A stretch of 64,000 nt of DNA, from NCBI RefSeq assembly GCF_009914755.1, contig NC_060937.1. One strand, given 5' to 3'. Under the pieces are notes generated by a model that was not told the DNA's origin, did not search any database, and was given only the letters and a program-made list of their open reading frames with translations. Made by a program: the position numbers and the translations under genes. Positions 1 through 27,289 of this stretch are shown here, one piece after another (within the stretch, counting starts at the first letter, position 1; every line of letters starts with the position of its first letter). The DNA is from the human T2T-CHM13v2.0 reference genome, Homo sapiens.

Positions 1-890
<890 letters not shown>

Positions 891-904
891 AAAAAAGGCA
901 GCAT

Positions 905-1452
<548 letters not shown>

Positions 1453-1482
1453 TATTTATAGTAATTTTTAAGTGGCCTAGGT

Positions 1483-1950
<468 letters not shown>

Positions 1951-2587
1951 GCATTTTATCTACCTGTAATAATTAATAAACTGATTTTTTTAAAAAAACT
2001 CTCCAAAAATTAAAACAACAGCTATTGATGTTTTCCTCTTACTACTAGGATCTTATGTTGCTTACGATATATTAAATAGTCTGTCTGTTTGTGGTTATCA
2101 GTATTCTTGTCTAGATTAATAGTACTTACTAGCACAGGAATCTGTGCTAAATCTCTAAAGCTGATTTAGGTCTCCATGGCAATTTCGTAGCTTTGCCACC
2201 CTCGCTGCTGGGTAGGCTAGCAAAACTCCAGAATAAATACACTTTCCAGGCAAATTTTTTGGATCAGTTCCTCCACTTCCAACCTGGCGGACCCAATGGC
2301 TGATGTTCAGATTGTGCTTACACACACACAGTGCCGAGCAGGGCACTGAAGACCCGGGTGGGCTAAATCCTGCTTGGCAGCTTGCTGTGATGTGTGTGTG
2401 GTTGTGTTAGAGGATTTTATTTTTTCCCCTTCAGCAGTTTTGATGGGATCTTCTGCCTCCTTGCACCGTTTCTGAAGTTCCCAGGCCTGCTGTTTGACCC
2501 AATGTGTCTCACACTCATCTGCATCATGCCTGTTGTCTTCTTTGGTGGCAATGGGAATGCCCTGGTGTCAGAACCTCGTGCCCCTGA

Positions 2588-2958
<371 letters not shown>

Positions 2959-4219
2959 ATTTTTGTTGTTTTAGTCACTTGGTGTGGAACCCATAGGAGG
3001 CCACACAAAGTGCTGAAAAGAATGAAAGAATGGAATTCTGGGATTTTAGTCTGGAGGGCAATGGTGCTTGCATAAATTTTGGAATTAACAAGAATACCCA
3101 GCTGACCAAGTTTTCCTCCATGGAAGAGAAGATGAAAACCTTCCCAAACTGGACAACAGCAAAGGTATGGGGAATACAGGCAGAAAGTTATATATAGTTG
3201 GGATCTCTGTCATCTGAATTGTCACTAACTCCAAACTTAGTGGCTGAGGGCCCTTCAAGTACAGCTCTTGCCTCACCTCCCAATAGAAGCCAGGTGAGTT
3301 TCATAGACCTACTTATTCCTTAAGTCTGAGTCTTAATCAGTTTCTTGAACTGCTCAAAGGCCAGATTCTTGAAGGAAATTCATCATTCTGGAGACCCACA
3401 CTCACACTAAACCAAGGAGCTGATAGCATGAGAGCAAGTTCCCTTTCAGACCCCCCACACTACTGATCTGTGCCCCAAGGAGTGCCCCACCACCATGATC
3501 TAGACATGAGACTTGCACGAATCGCTGGAGGAAAGGAGATGGATTTCATAGTGAGACCCTTCATGGGAATAAGCCTTCCCTAGTAGGAGGCTTAGCCAAG
3601 GGAGATGCGTAGAGATTCCACATGAAAAGAGCTGAAGGGGGGCCCTGAATTTGAAAAGAAGGGCAAAAGGAGAGATGTTGGGAATAGAGAGTTCCCATGG
3701 AGGAAACTTTTTGCAAAAGGCCCAACTCTTTAAGTGATTTCTGTCTTGGAACTTGGGAAAAGACAAGTTGTCAAAAACTTTAGGCATTCCCCTCCTGCAC
3801 TGCCCTTTTGAATTTATCCCAACTCACATAATTTTTAGATTTTTTTTTTAATTGAGATAGGGTCTCACTATGTAGCCCAGGCTGGTCATGCATATCCCAA
3901 CCCTCCAGTTAACTACATTAGAATATCCCAGGCTATGTCCAGTCTGCTGTTGCTATTTGCTATTTCAGGAAAGCTGATAGGAAAGAATGATGAAGTGGGA
4001 AGGACGGCCAGCCTCCTCCCACCCCGTGGCATCCCCTCTATTGGCCTGGTAGGAAGGCAGCATCATCTTCTCAAGTGCACTATGACTCAGCAACATGGGT
4101 CTTGACCAACAGTCCTGTGAGGGATGACAGAGCTGGGGGGTGAAGGGAAAATTCCATACAATATCTAGGAGCTCTCCTTAGAGGTCAACTCAAAGACTCC
4201 AGTAAGAATGAATGAGGTT

Positions 4220-5940
<1,721 letters not shown>

Positions 5941-5959
5941 AGAAGAATGAATAAGGCAC

Positions 5960-6230
5960 CTGTTACTACATAGCAATCCACTCTAAGACACAGGTGATTA
6001 AAAACAGTCATCGTTTACTTATTTATTATTTAGCACAATTGTGAAGGTTGATCGGGTAGCTCTGCCACTCGCCTCACGTGAATTCACTCCTACAGCTGCA
6101 GAAACCTGAGGGCTCAGCAAAAGCTGGGAGTCCACAGTGGTTTCACTCACATGTTCAGGCTTCAGGTAGGACGGCTGGAAGAGCTGAGATGGCCTTTCTT
6201 CCCAGGCTACTTCACAGCGTGGTGGTCAGG
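5960..6230 (-). mobile_element. Old MLT1 (MaLR) LTR fragment
   Basis: Degenerate match to the MLT1 3' end (atttattatttagcacaattgtg...cactcacatg). Confidence 0.5.
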
Positions 6231-6510
6231 GAGAGATTCGGTGACGTAGTAACCTTTGAGCTGAGGTCTTCTGAGGGGTTCAAAGGCTGTTGTAAGTAGG
6301 CAAAAGGGGAGAGGCTGGTAAGAACGAGGGAACTTATTTACAAGAAGGAATCACATGAGTTGAGAACCCATGAGGTAGGAAGAAGTATGATGGTTTCTAG
6401 AAATAAAGGAATAGTCAGTTTGGCTACTACACACAAGAAAAGAGGGAGCGTGGAGGATGGATCGTGCATTTTCAAGGAACTATGGATTTTTTGTTTTAAT
6501 TCTCATACTA
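6230..6510 (-). mobile_element. L2 fragment, continuing near 7175, 8335-8410 and 8970-9120
   Basis: Purine-rich L2 3' region blocks (tttgagctgag, gagtgacatgatctgacttg, tccaggagagaaataatg). Confidence 0.55.
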
Positions 6511-6511
6511 A

Positions 6512-7172
6512 CGTTACCAGAAAGGGGTCCCAATCCAGATCCCAAGGGAGGGTTCTTGGATCTCGCACAAGAAAGAATTCAAAGGAAAACCTCAGCAGAG
6601 ATTAACTCAACAGTATCTGGGTAGATAGAGTGAAGTGAAAGGAAGCTTATTAAGAAAGAAAAGGAATGAAGAATGGCTACTCCACAGGCAGAGCAGCCCC
6701 AAGGGCTGCTGGTTGGCTAATTTTATGGTCAGTTCTTGATTATATCCTAAACAAGGCGGGGATTATTCATTCATAAGTTTTCTGGGAAAGGGATGGACAA
6801 TTTCTGGAAACGAGGGTTCCCCACTGTCAGATTATATAGGGTAACTTCCTGATGTTGTCATGGCATTTGTAAACTGCCATGGCGCTGGTGGGAGTGTCTT
6901 TTGGCATGCAAATCCATTATAATTAGTGTATAATGAGCAGTGAGGATGACCAGAGGTCACTTTTGTCACCATCTTGGATTTGGTGGGTTTTGGCCGGCTT
7001 CTTTACTGCATCTTTTATCAGCAAGGTCTTTGTGACCTGTACTTTGTGCCAACCTCCTGTCTCATCCTGTGACTAAGAATGCCTAACCTGGCAATGCAGC
7101 CCAGTAGGTGTCAGCCTTATTTTACCCAGCCCCGTTCAAGATGAAGTTGCTCTGGTTCAAACACCTCTGGCA
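6512..7172 (-). mobile_element. MER41B-like ERV1 solo LTR
   Basis: Both MER41 termini recognisable (gttaccagaaaggggtcccaatccag...gttgctctggttcaaacacctctggca); 4-bp TSD ctaa. Confidence 0.9.
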
Positions 7173-7353
7173 CTAAGAATAATAGGAAACCACTGAGAAG
7201 TTTTTTGTTTGTTTGTTTTAATATAGATGGTATTTTGCCATGTTGCTCAGGCTGGTCTCAAATTCCTGGGCTCAAGCAATCTGCTCACCTCAGCCTCCCA
7301 AAGTGCTGGGATTATAGGCATGAGCCATGGTGTCCAGCCTGAAAGGTTTTAAG

Positions 7354-8330
<977 letters not shown>

Positions 8331-8414
8331 TAAGCAATAGAGTGACATGATCTGACTTGCCCTTTCAGGAAACATCATGGTTCTATATATGAGGTATTGC
8401 AGGGGAACTAGAAG

Positions 8415-8966
8415 CAGAGCTTCTCAACCTCAGCACTACTGACATTCGGGGTTAGGTAATGCTTTACTGTGTGAGGTTGTCCTGCACATTGCAGCATGTT
8501 TACCAGCATTTCTGGCCTCTACTCAGTAGATGGCATTTGCACCTCTCCCCACTTAGTTGTGACAACCAAAAATGTGTCCAGGCTGGGCATGGTGGTTCAC
8601 GCCAGTAATCCCAACACTTTGGGAGGCCGATGGAGGAAGATCACTTGACCCCAAAAGTTCAAGACCAGCCTGGACAACATACAGAGATCCTATCTCTACA
8701 AAAAGTAAAACAACCAAAAACCAAAAAACATTAGCCAGGCTTGGTGGTGCATACCTATAGTCCTAGCTACTCAGGAGGCTGAGGTGAGAGGATCGCTTAA
8801 GCCTAGTAGGTCAAGGCTGCAGGTGCCATGATCATACCACTGCACTCCTGCCTCGGTGACAGAGTGAGACCTTGTCTCTGAAAAAAATGAAAAAAGAAAA
8901 AAAATATGTCCAGACATTGGACATGTCCCCAGGGGGAGCCAAATTACCCCTGTTTGGGAACCATTG
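8415..8966. mobile_element. MER20 DNA transposon interrupted by an AluJ (8581-8903, +)
   Basis: cttctcaacctcagcactactgacatt...gttgtgacaaccaaaaatgtgtcca; Alu TSD aaaaat(g/a)tgtcca. Confidence 0.9.
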
Positions 8967-9789
8967 TGCTAGAGTGAATACAGGGCTTCTTTCTCACTAT
9001 TACAGTCATCCAGGAGAGAAATAATGATTACTTGGACTTGAGTGGCCAAGGTGGAGCTGGGGATGAGCAGATAGGATTTGAGAGACAAGGTGATGAACTC
9101 AACAGTATCTGGGTGGACAGAGCCATCACGGCAGCCCTGTCCTCAACTCTCCTCTCTACTTTCTTCCTTCCACATTCTACCTGCTCTGAAAAAAGAATCC
9201 AGTCTAATTTGTGTTGAGAAATACTCATAGTCAGATGGCAAAAAGGATAACATGAGGAAGAGAGCTCATTTCCACCCTTCTGCTGTTGGTTGATACAATG
9301 TGCATGGAGGGTTAAACTCTGACCAAGGAATTGATTGAAGATCAGCGAGGCAGTGCGTTTCCAGGTTTATGTTTGAACAAGGGAAGTCTAGATATGTGAA
9401 TAGCAAACCATGAGAGGTGACAACAGCAGAGGGAGGGTTCTGGAATGAAGTTATATGAGAGACTGCCAACAAACCTGGACCAATGAGGGCTGCAATTGTC
9501 CAGCCTCCCAACCCTCAGCCTGCCTGTCTGCAGAGACCAGCTTGTTCTCTTTCATTTCAGCAGTGCCCCCACTCCTTGGTTTTTACACAAAGAATAATAA
9601 TTCCCTATCCCTTGCCTGCCTGTAAGGAAGCATTGTGAAGAATGGTGAATTCCCAACCCTAAAACACTTGGAATTCATTCAACAAAACATCCTGCCTTTA
9701 TTTCATTACCTATAGAGTGCAGTTTTCTGTAAGAAAGGAAAGGTTGCATTTTTCGCTCCTATGAAGGAAAAATAGAAGCCATAGCCCCT

Positions 9790-9900
9790 TTCAAATCAAA
9801 GTTTTGTTCTTGAGTCAAAGGCACTCCTGAGGCTCCTGCCAAGTCCAATGAAAAGGCTTTGTTTGATTCTCTAAAGCTGTCAGGGTTCATAAAGGTCATC
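9790..9900. promoter_or_regulatory. Candidate enhancer: TCF site, AP-1 site and DR3 nuclear-receptor element
   Basis: ATCAAAG ~9795-9801, TGAGTCA 9811-9817 and GGTTCA-taa-AGGTCA 9884-9898 in apparently unique DNA. Motif evidence only. Confidence 0.35.
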
Positions 9901-10299
9901 ATTTCATTCACGCTGGGTTTGAGGACAGTGTTCTTTCTCTGCTTTTGACAAGCAGCTGGAATTGAAGGCTAAGTTTTCTTTTTGTTGCTACCTGGCCCTC
10001 TTTCCTTTTTTTCTGACTTAATGTATATCTAATCACCCAGAAGGTAGTCAGTCATGTTATGATCTATTTTACTTAAAAAGTGTCATAATTATATAAGTTC
10101 ATGGCAATGTAAGCGTATCAAAACTCATAGAAAAATGACAGAAAACTGAAATCTAATTCCTTTCTTCAGGGTCAAAAAGCTGCTACCTTTCCACGGGCCT
10201 TCTAATTTCTCCCCTGGACAGAGGCAGCCATGAATCTTCATCACAAACCAGCCAGAACACAGTCAGAAAACAGTCAGCCCCACTCTCACTTAAGAGTGA

Positions 10300-10978
<679 letters not shown>

Positions 10979-10980
10979 AA

Positions 10981-11277
10981 TTTTTTCTTTTTTTTTGAGA
11001 CTGTTTCATTTCTTGTTGCCCAGGCTGGAGTGCAGGGTGTGATCTTGGCTCACTGCAACCTCCACCTCCCAGATTCAAGTGATTCTCCTGCCTTAGCCTC
11101 CCAAGTAGCTGGGACTACAGGCGCCTGCCACCACACCCAGCTACTTTTTTTGTATTTTTAGTAAAGACAGGATTTCACCGTGTTAGCCAGGATGGTCTCG
11201 ATCTCCTGAACTCATGATCCGCCTGCCTTGGCCTCCCAAAGTGCTGGGATTACAGGCATGAGCCACCACGCCCGGCC
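10981..11277 (-). mobile_element. AluSc/Y-like, no TSD
   Basis: Full dimer; the two flanks do not match each other. Confidence 0.93.
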
Positions 11278-11688
11278 GGCACCCAGGTTCTTGTCCGGCA
11301 TCCAGGAAGAATCAGGTCACACAAACAGATTGAAGGGTAGTGTATGCGGAGTATTTTATTTGACGATGGAAGTGGCTGTCAGTGGGATAGGAGTTGGAAA
11401 GGGGATGGTGCAGGAAGGTGATCTTTCCCTGAAGCTGCACCATCTGAGGTTAGCGGTGTCTATCCACAGTCTCCAAGGTTCAGTTGCTTCTCTGCTCGCC
11501 ACTCAGCTGCTTGTGTTGCTCTGCCAGCTGAAGTCTTTTTATGGGCACAGGATAGGGGCATGGCAGGCCAAAAAGTAAACATTTGGATAGAAAAGTAAGG
11601 ATCAGCTCTTTTCACTTAGGGCTGCAGTTCCAGGCTTAAGGGTGGGGTTTAGCCAGGAGCCCAGCTATTTTGATATCTATTGGTATCA
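11278..11688 (-). mobile_element. LTR1/LTR27/MER52-group ERV1 LTR, partial
   Basis: ggttcttgtccggcatccaggaagaatcaggtcacac...ttcacttagggc...tggtatca. Confidence 0.75.
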
Positions 11689-11918
11689 AAAGGTCAAACC
11701 AAGCACTTGGATCTCTCAAGTCAGCTGCTTGGCCCTCTTCCAAGGGTACTTTACTTCCTTTTGTTCCTGCTCTAAAACTTTTTAATAGAACTTTACTCCT
11801 GCTCTGAAACTTGCCTCAGTCTCTCACTCTGCCTTATGCCCCTCAGATGAATTCTTTCCTCTGAAGGGGCAAAAATCGAGTTACTGCAGACCCGTATGCC
11901 GCAGACCCGCTGCTAACA
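11689..11918 (+). mobile_element. MER51-like LTR, 3' part
   Basis: aaacttgcctcagtctctcactctgccttatgcccctcag...gcagacccgta...ctaaca. Confidence 0.8.
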
Positions 11919-11968
11919 CTGGACTCAAGTTATCCTACTGCCTCCCAAAGTGCTGGGATTACAGGTGT

Positions 11969-12682
11969 TGCAACTGCCCAGTGGGTTCACCTTGCCCAGT
12001 GCCTAGACAGAGTCAATTTATCAGTACAGGGGAATTGCAATATAGAAAGAGTAATCACATAGAGCCAACTGGATGAGAGACCAGAGTTTATAATTACTCA
12101 AATCAGTCTCCCCGAGCATTTGGGGACTGGAGTTTTTAAAGATAATTTGCTGGGTAGGGGCCAGTGAGTTGAGATTTGCTGATTGCTTGAGTTGGAGATA
12201 AAATCATAGGGAGTCAAAACTGTCCTCTTGTGCTGAGTCAGTTTCTGGGTGGGGGCCACAAGACCAAATGAGCCAGTTTCTTGATCTGGGTGATGTCGGC
12301 TGATCCATCAAGTGCAGGGTCTGCAAAATATCTCAAGCACTGATCTTAGGTTTTACAATAGTGAGGTTATCTTCAGGAGCAATTTGGGGAGGGTCAGAAT
12401 CTTGTAGCCTTTGGCTACATAACTCCTAAACCATAATTTCTAATCTTCTGTCTAATTTGTTAGTCCTACAAAGGCCAAACTGGTCCATAGGCAAGAAGGG
12501 GGTTTGTTTCAGGAACGGGCTGTTATCTCTTTGTTTCAAACTATAAACTAAGTTTCCCACAAAGTTTGTTCAGCCTACACCCAAGAATGAACAAGGACAG
12601 CTTAGAGGTTAGAAGCAAGATGGAGTTGGTTAGGTCAGATCTCTTTCACTGTCTCAGTTATGATTTTGCAATGGCAGTTTCA
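11969..12682 (-). mobile_element. LTR8 solo LTR inserted into an Alu
   Basis: Complete LTR8 termini; 4-bp TSD gtgt splits the Alu motif attacaggtgtgagcc. Confidence 0.9.
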
Positions 12683-13154
12683 GTGTGAGCCACCAAGCCC
12701 AGCCTAGACTCTTTCTTTACTGCGGTGCTGAGGTCTCAGTGAATTCATTTTGTCTGTGCAGTCGGCAGGAAGAATCCATTCGGTGATTACACAAAGGAAA
12801 CCCTCACAAGACCAACAGAGCAAAATCTAATTCCTCCAGTTGTGGAAAATTAGGAGAGACCCCTAAGTGTCAGGATCTGTCCTTAGGGAGGTTCAAAGAC
12901 CTGCCTCCTCAGTCATGTGTGACTGCCTTTCCACCACCTCTCCCTGTTTTTGTCCTGGTAAAACCAAAGACAATCCCAGGAGTGCCTTGGAGACTATGCA
13001 AGAAGGCAACTTAAAGGATAATGAAAAAGAAAGAGAGCTGGCCCACATTTTGCCTGGGTGATTATGGAGGGCTTTATGAAATCATTGATCGTAATAAGGG
13101 TCCTAGAGAAAGTGACCACACTGGGTCCCACCAGTGGGGTGGGAGTGAGGGTGT

Positions 13155-13974
13155 TGTTGGGGCCCAGGACATACCACCCCGAAATACCCAAACTATTCCT
13201 CTTTGGCATATTATTAGCCTGCTTGGCTTGTTGTCTTTTTTTTTTTTTTTTTTTTAGAAACTGCAGACAAATGAGCAGCTCTGAAAACCTGCCCTTTTGT
13301 AAAGGAAATTTACATCTATGAAGGAAATTTTCATTAGTAAATGTGCCTGTACCACGAAGAAAGCTGTTCCAGGCAACTTTTGACACCTGAAAGACTTTTA
13401 GCTGCCTAACAAGGCAAATTTTATTTACCATACATTTCTCCTCCTGCTCTCCCATAATTTGTTAACCCTGCCCACCTCCCATCAGAAGCCCCAGGCCACT
13501 GTTCCTGTTTGTAGCTCAGGATGTTATATAAGCTTCAGTCATCTGGCCCTTCAGTCATTTTTGTGGGGTTCCCATGCAAGTACATATAATAAAATGACTT
13601 TTCTTTTTCATATTTTTTTTGAGGCAGGGTCTCACTTTGTCACCCAGACAGTAGTGCAGTGGTGCGATCACAGCTCATTGTAGCCTTGATCTTCTGGGCT
13701 CAAGCGATCCTCCTGCCTTTTTTTTGTTTTTTTTTGTTTTTTTTGTTTTTTTTAGAGATGAGGTCTCATTATGTTGCCTAGGTTGGTCTCGAACTCCTGA
13801 GCTCAAGCTGTTTTTCCCACCTTGGTGTCCAAATGCTGGAATTATAGGCATAAGCCACCGTGCCCAGCTACAATATTTTTTCTCCTGTTAATCTGTCTCA
13901 TGTCAATTTAATTTGTAGCCCAGTCAAAAGTCCCAGGAAGGTGGATGAAAGCCATTTTTCCCTCTCCCCTGCCA
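13155..13974 (+). mobile_element. MER34-like ERV1 solo LTR with an AluJ (13610-13868, -)
   Basis: tgttggggcccaggacataccacccc...cccctgcca; TSD gtgt. Confidence 0.75.
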
Positions 13975-14140
13975 GTGTGGTGGGAGGGGAGGTTGACCTG
14001 GGCCTGAAGGGTCCCCAGGAAGGGCAGAGAACACAGTGGAAGACACTGATCACTAACCCCAGATCTAAAGCATTGAGGGACAAAGGCCATTGCTTTGTTT
14101 CCTGCACAGGGTACTGCATTGGAAGTTTGTCCTCTCTTTG

Positions 14141-14459
14141 TTTTTTTTTTTTTTTTTTTTTTTGAGACAGGGTCTTACTCTGTTGTCCAGACCAGAGTGC
14201 ATGGAGTATAGTGATGCGATCATAGCTTACTGCAGTCTTGACCTCCTGGGCTCAGGCAATCCTCCTCCCTCAGTCTCCCAAGTAGCTGGGACTGCAGGCA
14301 CATGCCACCACACCTGGCTGTTTTTTTTTTTATTTTTGTAGAGATGGGGGTCTCACTATACTCTCCAGGATGGTCTTAAACTCCTAGGCTCAAGCAAACT
14401 TCCTGCTTTGGCCTGTCAAAGTGCTGGGTTTACAGGTAAGAGAGCCATCATGCCTGGCC
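14141..14459 (-). mobile_element. AluJ
   Basis: Diverged dimer with poly-T. Confidence 0.9.
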
Positions 14460-14686
14460 CAAGGAAAGTTTGCCCTTTTGTGAGGGAGGATCTAGGTCCA
14501 CAAGCTTTGTCTGCATGAAGACAGGGATTTGGAATGTAGCATAGTAAGATGGTATAATGCACATGGTGTGCTGGCCCAGTCATTTGTACCTCTGTTTATG
14601 TCCTAGAGGGTAGCATTGACCTGAAAGAAAAGCACTGCATTTCTTCAAAGCATGGGCAGCAACTCTGGACTGAGTGTCTAATGTAT

Positions 14687-15230
14687 TGTTACTGGTAAGG
14701 AGGTCCCAATCCAGGCCCCACTGGAGGGCTCTTGGATGTCGCACAAGAAAGAATTCAGGGCAAGGCCATAGTAAAGTGAAATAATGCAGCAAAGGAGTGA
14801 AAGAATAGCTACTCCATAGACAGAATAGGGTGTTCCTGACAGTAAGAGGAGGAATGCACCCACCCTGGGTGCAATGCTTGTTTACATATAAGATAACAAA
14901 CAAATCATGGGGAGATGTGCTGACTACAAGGTTCATGATAAAGGATTAATCTTTGTAATTACCACCTTTCCGAAGAATCGATATTATTATCTTTAAACTT
15001 ATTCTTGGACTAGGAATGCTTTTGTTCTTGAGATATGGGGACATCAGGACCTTTCTGGGTCTGTTAAGTCCTGTGTCTGTTTGGTAAACATTATTAATTT
15101 GTTTCTTAACCGTAAACAGCTTGTGACTAAGAATGCCTAACCTTCTGGGAATACAGCCCAGCATGTCTCAGCCTCGTTTTTCTCAGCCCCTATTCAAGAT
15201 AGAGTCACTCTGGCTGAAGCATTTCTGACA
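14687..15230 (-). mobile_element. MER41 (C/D-type) solo LTR
   Basis: MER41 termini; TSD gtat. Confidence 0.85.
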
Positions 15231-15387
15231 GTATTAATAGGAGGGTGCCTCCCCCCATCCCTGTGTGAGTTTTTCCTAAAGCTGAGCTGGAAGGACAACA
15301 AACACAGTTTCCACCTCAAGTGGCAATATACCATCACAACACCCCCGGGAGATACATGCTGTCAGCAGGTGACTGCTTGACTACAGT

Positions 15388-18092
<2,705 letters not shown>

Positions 18093-18322
18093 ACCGGAGG
18101 AGAGCCAAGGCTACTCATGAGCACGGGTGATGCTGTTCAGGAACAGCCTTGGAAACTTGGAGGACAGAGGGATTTCATTGATGTTCAGAAGGAAGCTGGG
18201 CAAGGGACTCATAGATGGTCTCCCATGAGTCCCTGGCACATGGAGACCACTAGTGGGTCTCCATGACCTTACTTCACCCCTAAGCTAAAGTGGCTGGACA
18301 AACAGCTTCCTTGGCTAAGTGA

Positions 18323-20001
<1,679 letters not shown>

Positions 20002-20434
20002 ACCTGTATGGTTTTGGTAAAATAAACTGCAAGTGTGTTGGTTGAAAAGTTTTCATTTTTGCTTGGCTTGATTTTATGTATTTATTCATTCATTCATGTA
20101 TTAATCCTCACTAAAACTCATCTTTACTAATTTAGCTCTGCAATTCCAGTCTTAGAACCTCCCATGAAGCTCAAAGGAAGATATAGGAAGAGGTGAGGAT
20201 GTTGGAAGTGGACGGGTAGTTCTCAACTTGGGGCCCCAATTTTGCTCTAAGGCAAAAAACACAGGCCCTAGCAAAGAAAAAAGTCACTGTGCCTGGGGAT
20301 GATTGTTCAGATGGTAAAGGAGGCCCTCAAGAGTGGTCGAATCAGTATATTCAGAAGGCAGTGCTAGAGTCAGCCTCATGAACCAGGGGACTTCTTTTTT
20401 TGGCATCCAAGTTCTTTTGAATTTCTTCAAGTTC

Positions 20435-20856
<422 letters not shown>

Positions 20857-21032
20857 GAATTTCTTCAAGTTCTTTAGCCTGATATGGTATGTCATAGTTC
20901 TGAGCCAGATGCATTCCAACCACATTGTCCAAAGTAAATCCAAACGGGAACCAGAACATGATGTTGGGGGGCAGGCAAAGAGGGCGCAAAGGGCAGCTGG
21001 TTTATATTTTGATGGGATGCTACCAGTTACGC

Positions 21033-21660
<628 letters not shown>

Positions 21661-21700
21661 AACGCTACCAGTCATCCTTAAGGAAGTACTCTTCCAAAAC

Positions 21701-22463
21701 TGTAACTGCCCAATGGGTTCACCCTGCCCACTGCCTATGTTACCAGTGGAAGATATCCGAGTTACCCCGAGTTACCAGCAGTGTATCATATGGGTCTGCA
21801 GCAACTTCAATTCTTGGCTCCTCAGAAGAAAGAATTTGACTGAGAGGAATAAAACAGAAAAAGAGACCAAGGCAAGTTTCAGAGCAGGAGTAGAAGTTTA
21901 TTTTAAAAGGCTTTAGAACAGGAAAGAAAGGAAAGTTCACTTGGAAGAGATCCAAGACGCGCCTGAAGGTCAAAAAGAGCATTTAACATTAATTCCAGGA
22001 CTTCATAGGCTCACCTCTTTACCATGGTTCTTCCCTTAGTGGGCACTTCCTGCTTGCACAGCGCTCCCTTTACCCTGGGGAATTGAGCATGTGCAGTGTG
22101 TTTAGGAGGGTATACTCATGCCATCTGAGGCTCTCTTCCCTTTTCTGGTGAAGTATCCCCGGAAGGCCATATTTTGTCATTTTATCTCTTAGTGTGCATG
22201 CCCAGGAAGTTTCTTCTCCCGGGCATCTGCATTCAATTAACACTTTAATGTTAACAGCTGTGGATCATCAGGAGACCGTCTCTCCCAGGTGCCCTGGCAC
22301 CACTGCAGAGTTATCATTTTTAGAAAGACAGTGTGATAATTGTCTAATCACCTGACCTTCCTAGTGGATGGGAAGAGAGCCCTCTCCTGCCTGGCTCATG
22401 CCTATCTAACTACCTGTAACAACTAGACAGAGATGATTTATCAAGACAGGGGAATTGCAATAG
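21701..22463 (-). mobile_element. LTR8 3'-end fragment containing a complete MER50-like LTR (21738-22421)
   Basis: tgtaactgcccaatgggttcacc...[tgttacc...ctaactacctgtaaca]...gacagagatgatttatcaagacagggg. Confidence 0.8.
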
Positions 22464-23366
<903 letters not shown>

Positions 23367-23689
23367 CTTAATATATATTTTTTCTTTTTTTTTCCCCTTG
23401 TGTTTTTTTCTTTATTTTTTGTTATCTTTTTTTTAATAGTCATTTTAAAATATTTTCTCTAGGTTGGATTTAGTTTTGCCATTTGTAGTTTTCTGGTATG
23501 GGTGCAGAAGCAACAGAATTCTTCCCTGAATTTCCTGCAAAGATGATTTGGCATCATGGAGAACAGGATGGACATACTCTGTGGTCAAACAATCCTATTT
23601 TTTTCGTTGAACTAGCTCTGTGAATTCTAGCAGAATTCTAGCCAATAAATGAACTTCATCTTAATCATCAAATTGCTCCAATTTTGAGT

Positions 23690-25027
<1,338 letters not shown>

Positions 25028-25307
25028 AATTACTAATTTATAGAGTTAAACATAGTAACATATAGAAATGATCTTATACTAATAGTTTGATTCGTATTTT
25101 TCACATAATTTACTGATTGGACTTCATAAAAACTTACAAGATGTTACAGACCACAGGCTGTTTGACTCCCCATGTAATAAAAACGTAACACTGGGCCAAG
25201 CAGATTTCCTAGACACGACTTTTATTTTGGGGCTTGTGCTCAAGCGCAAGGGGAACAGCACAGCGCAAGGATCCTCAGACTGACTCTTCGAAAAAGCTGG
25301 TAGAAAA

Positions 25308-26904
<1,597 letters not shown>

Positions 26905-27289
26905 TCTCCTGTCCTTTCTCATAATTTAGTAGATGAGCTCCTTGCATTTTGGATGCAATGAACAAGCCCCACCAAAGGGAAAGATATTTATTTAGGGCTC
27001 CCAGGGACAGGGACTGGTGAGCCATCTATGTCTGAGGCTATTCAGGGGCCAGGCAGCCCTGGGGGGTTCTCACTTGCCCCTGGTTGCCCAGCTTGCTTGC
27101 TACTCAACACTTCCGCCTCATGCCATGGATGACTTCTGCCCTCCTTGTCTAATAACCAGCCAACTCTTTCTGCTTTCTCCAGCCCAAGAGGGAGCCCATC
27201 TGCTTTGTTCAGCCAATTGCCTCATCCTTGCTGGGCAGAATTCATTACTCCAAGCTGCTCATGCAAAAGGATAGATGACCCTGCGCTGA

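Noticed and set aside
3000-3300. Possible exon ending at CAG/GTGAGT near 3293
   Set aside because: Isolated donor with no convincing acceptor or recognisable reading frame.
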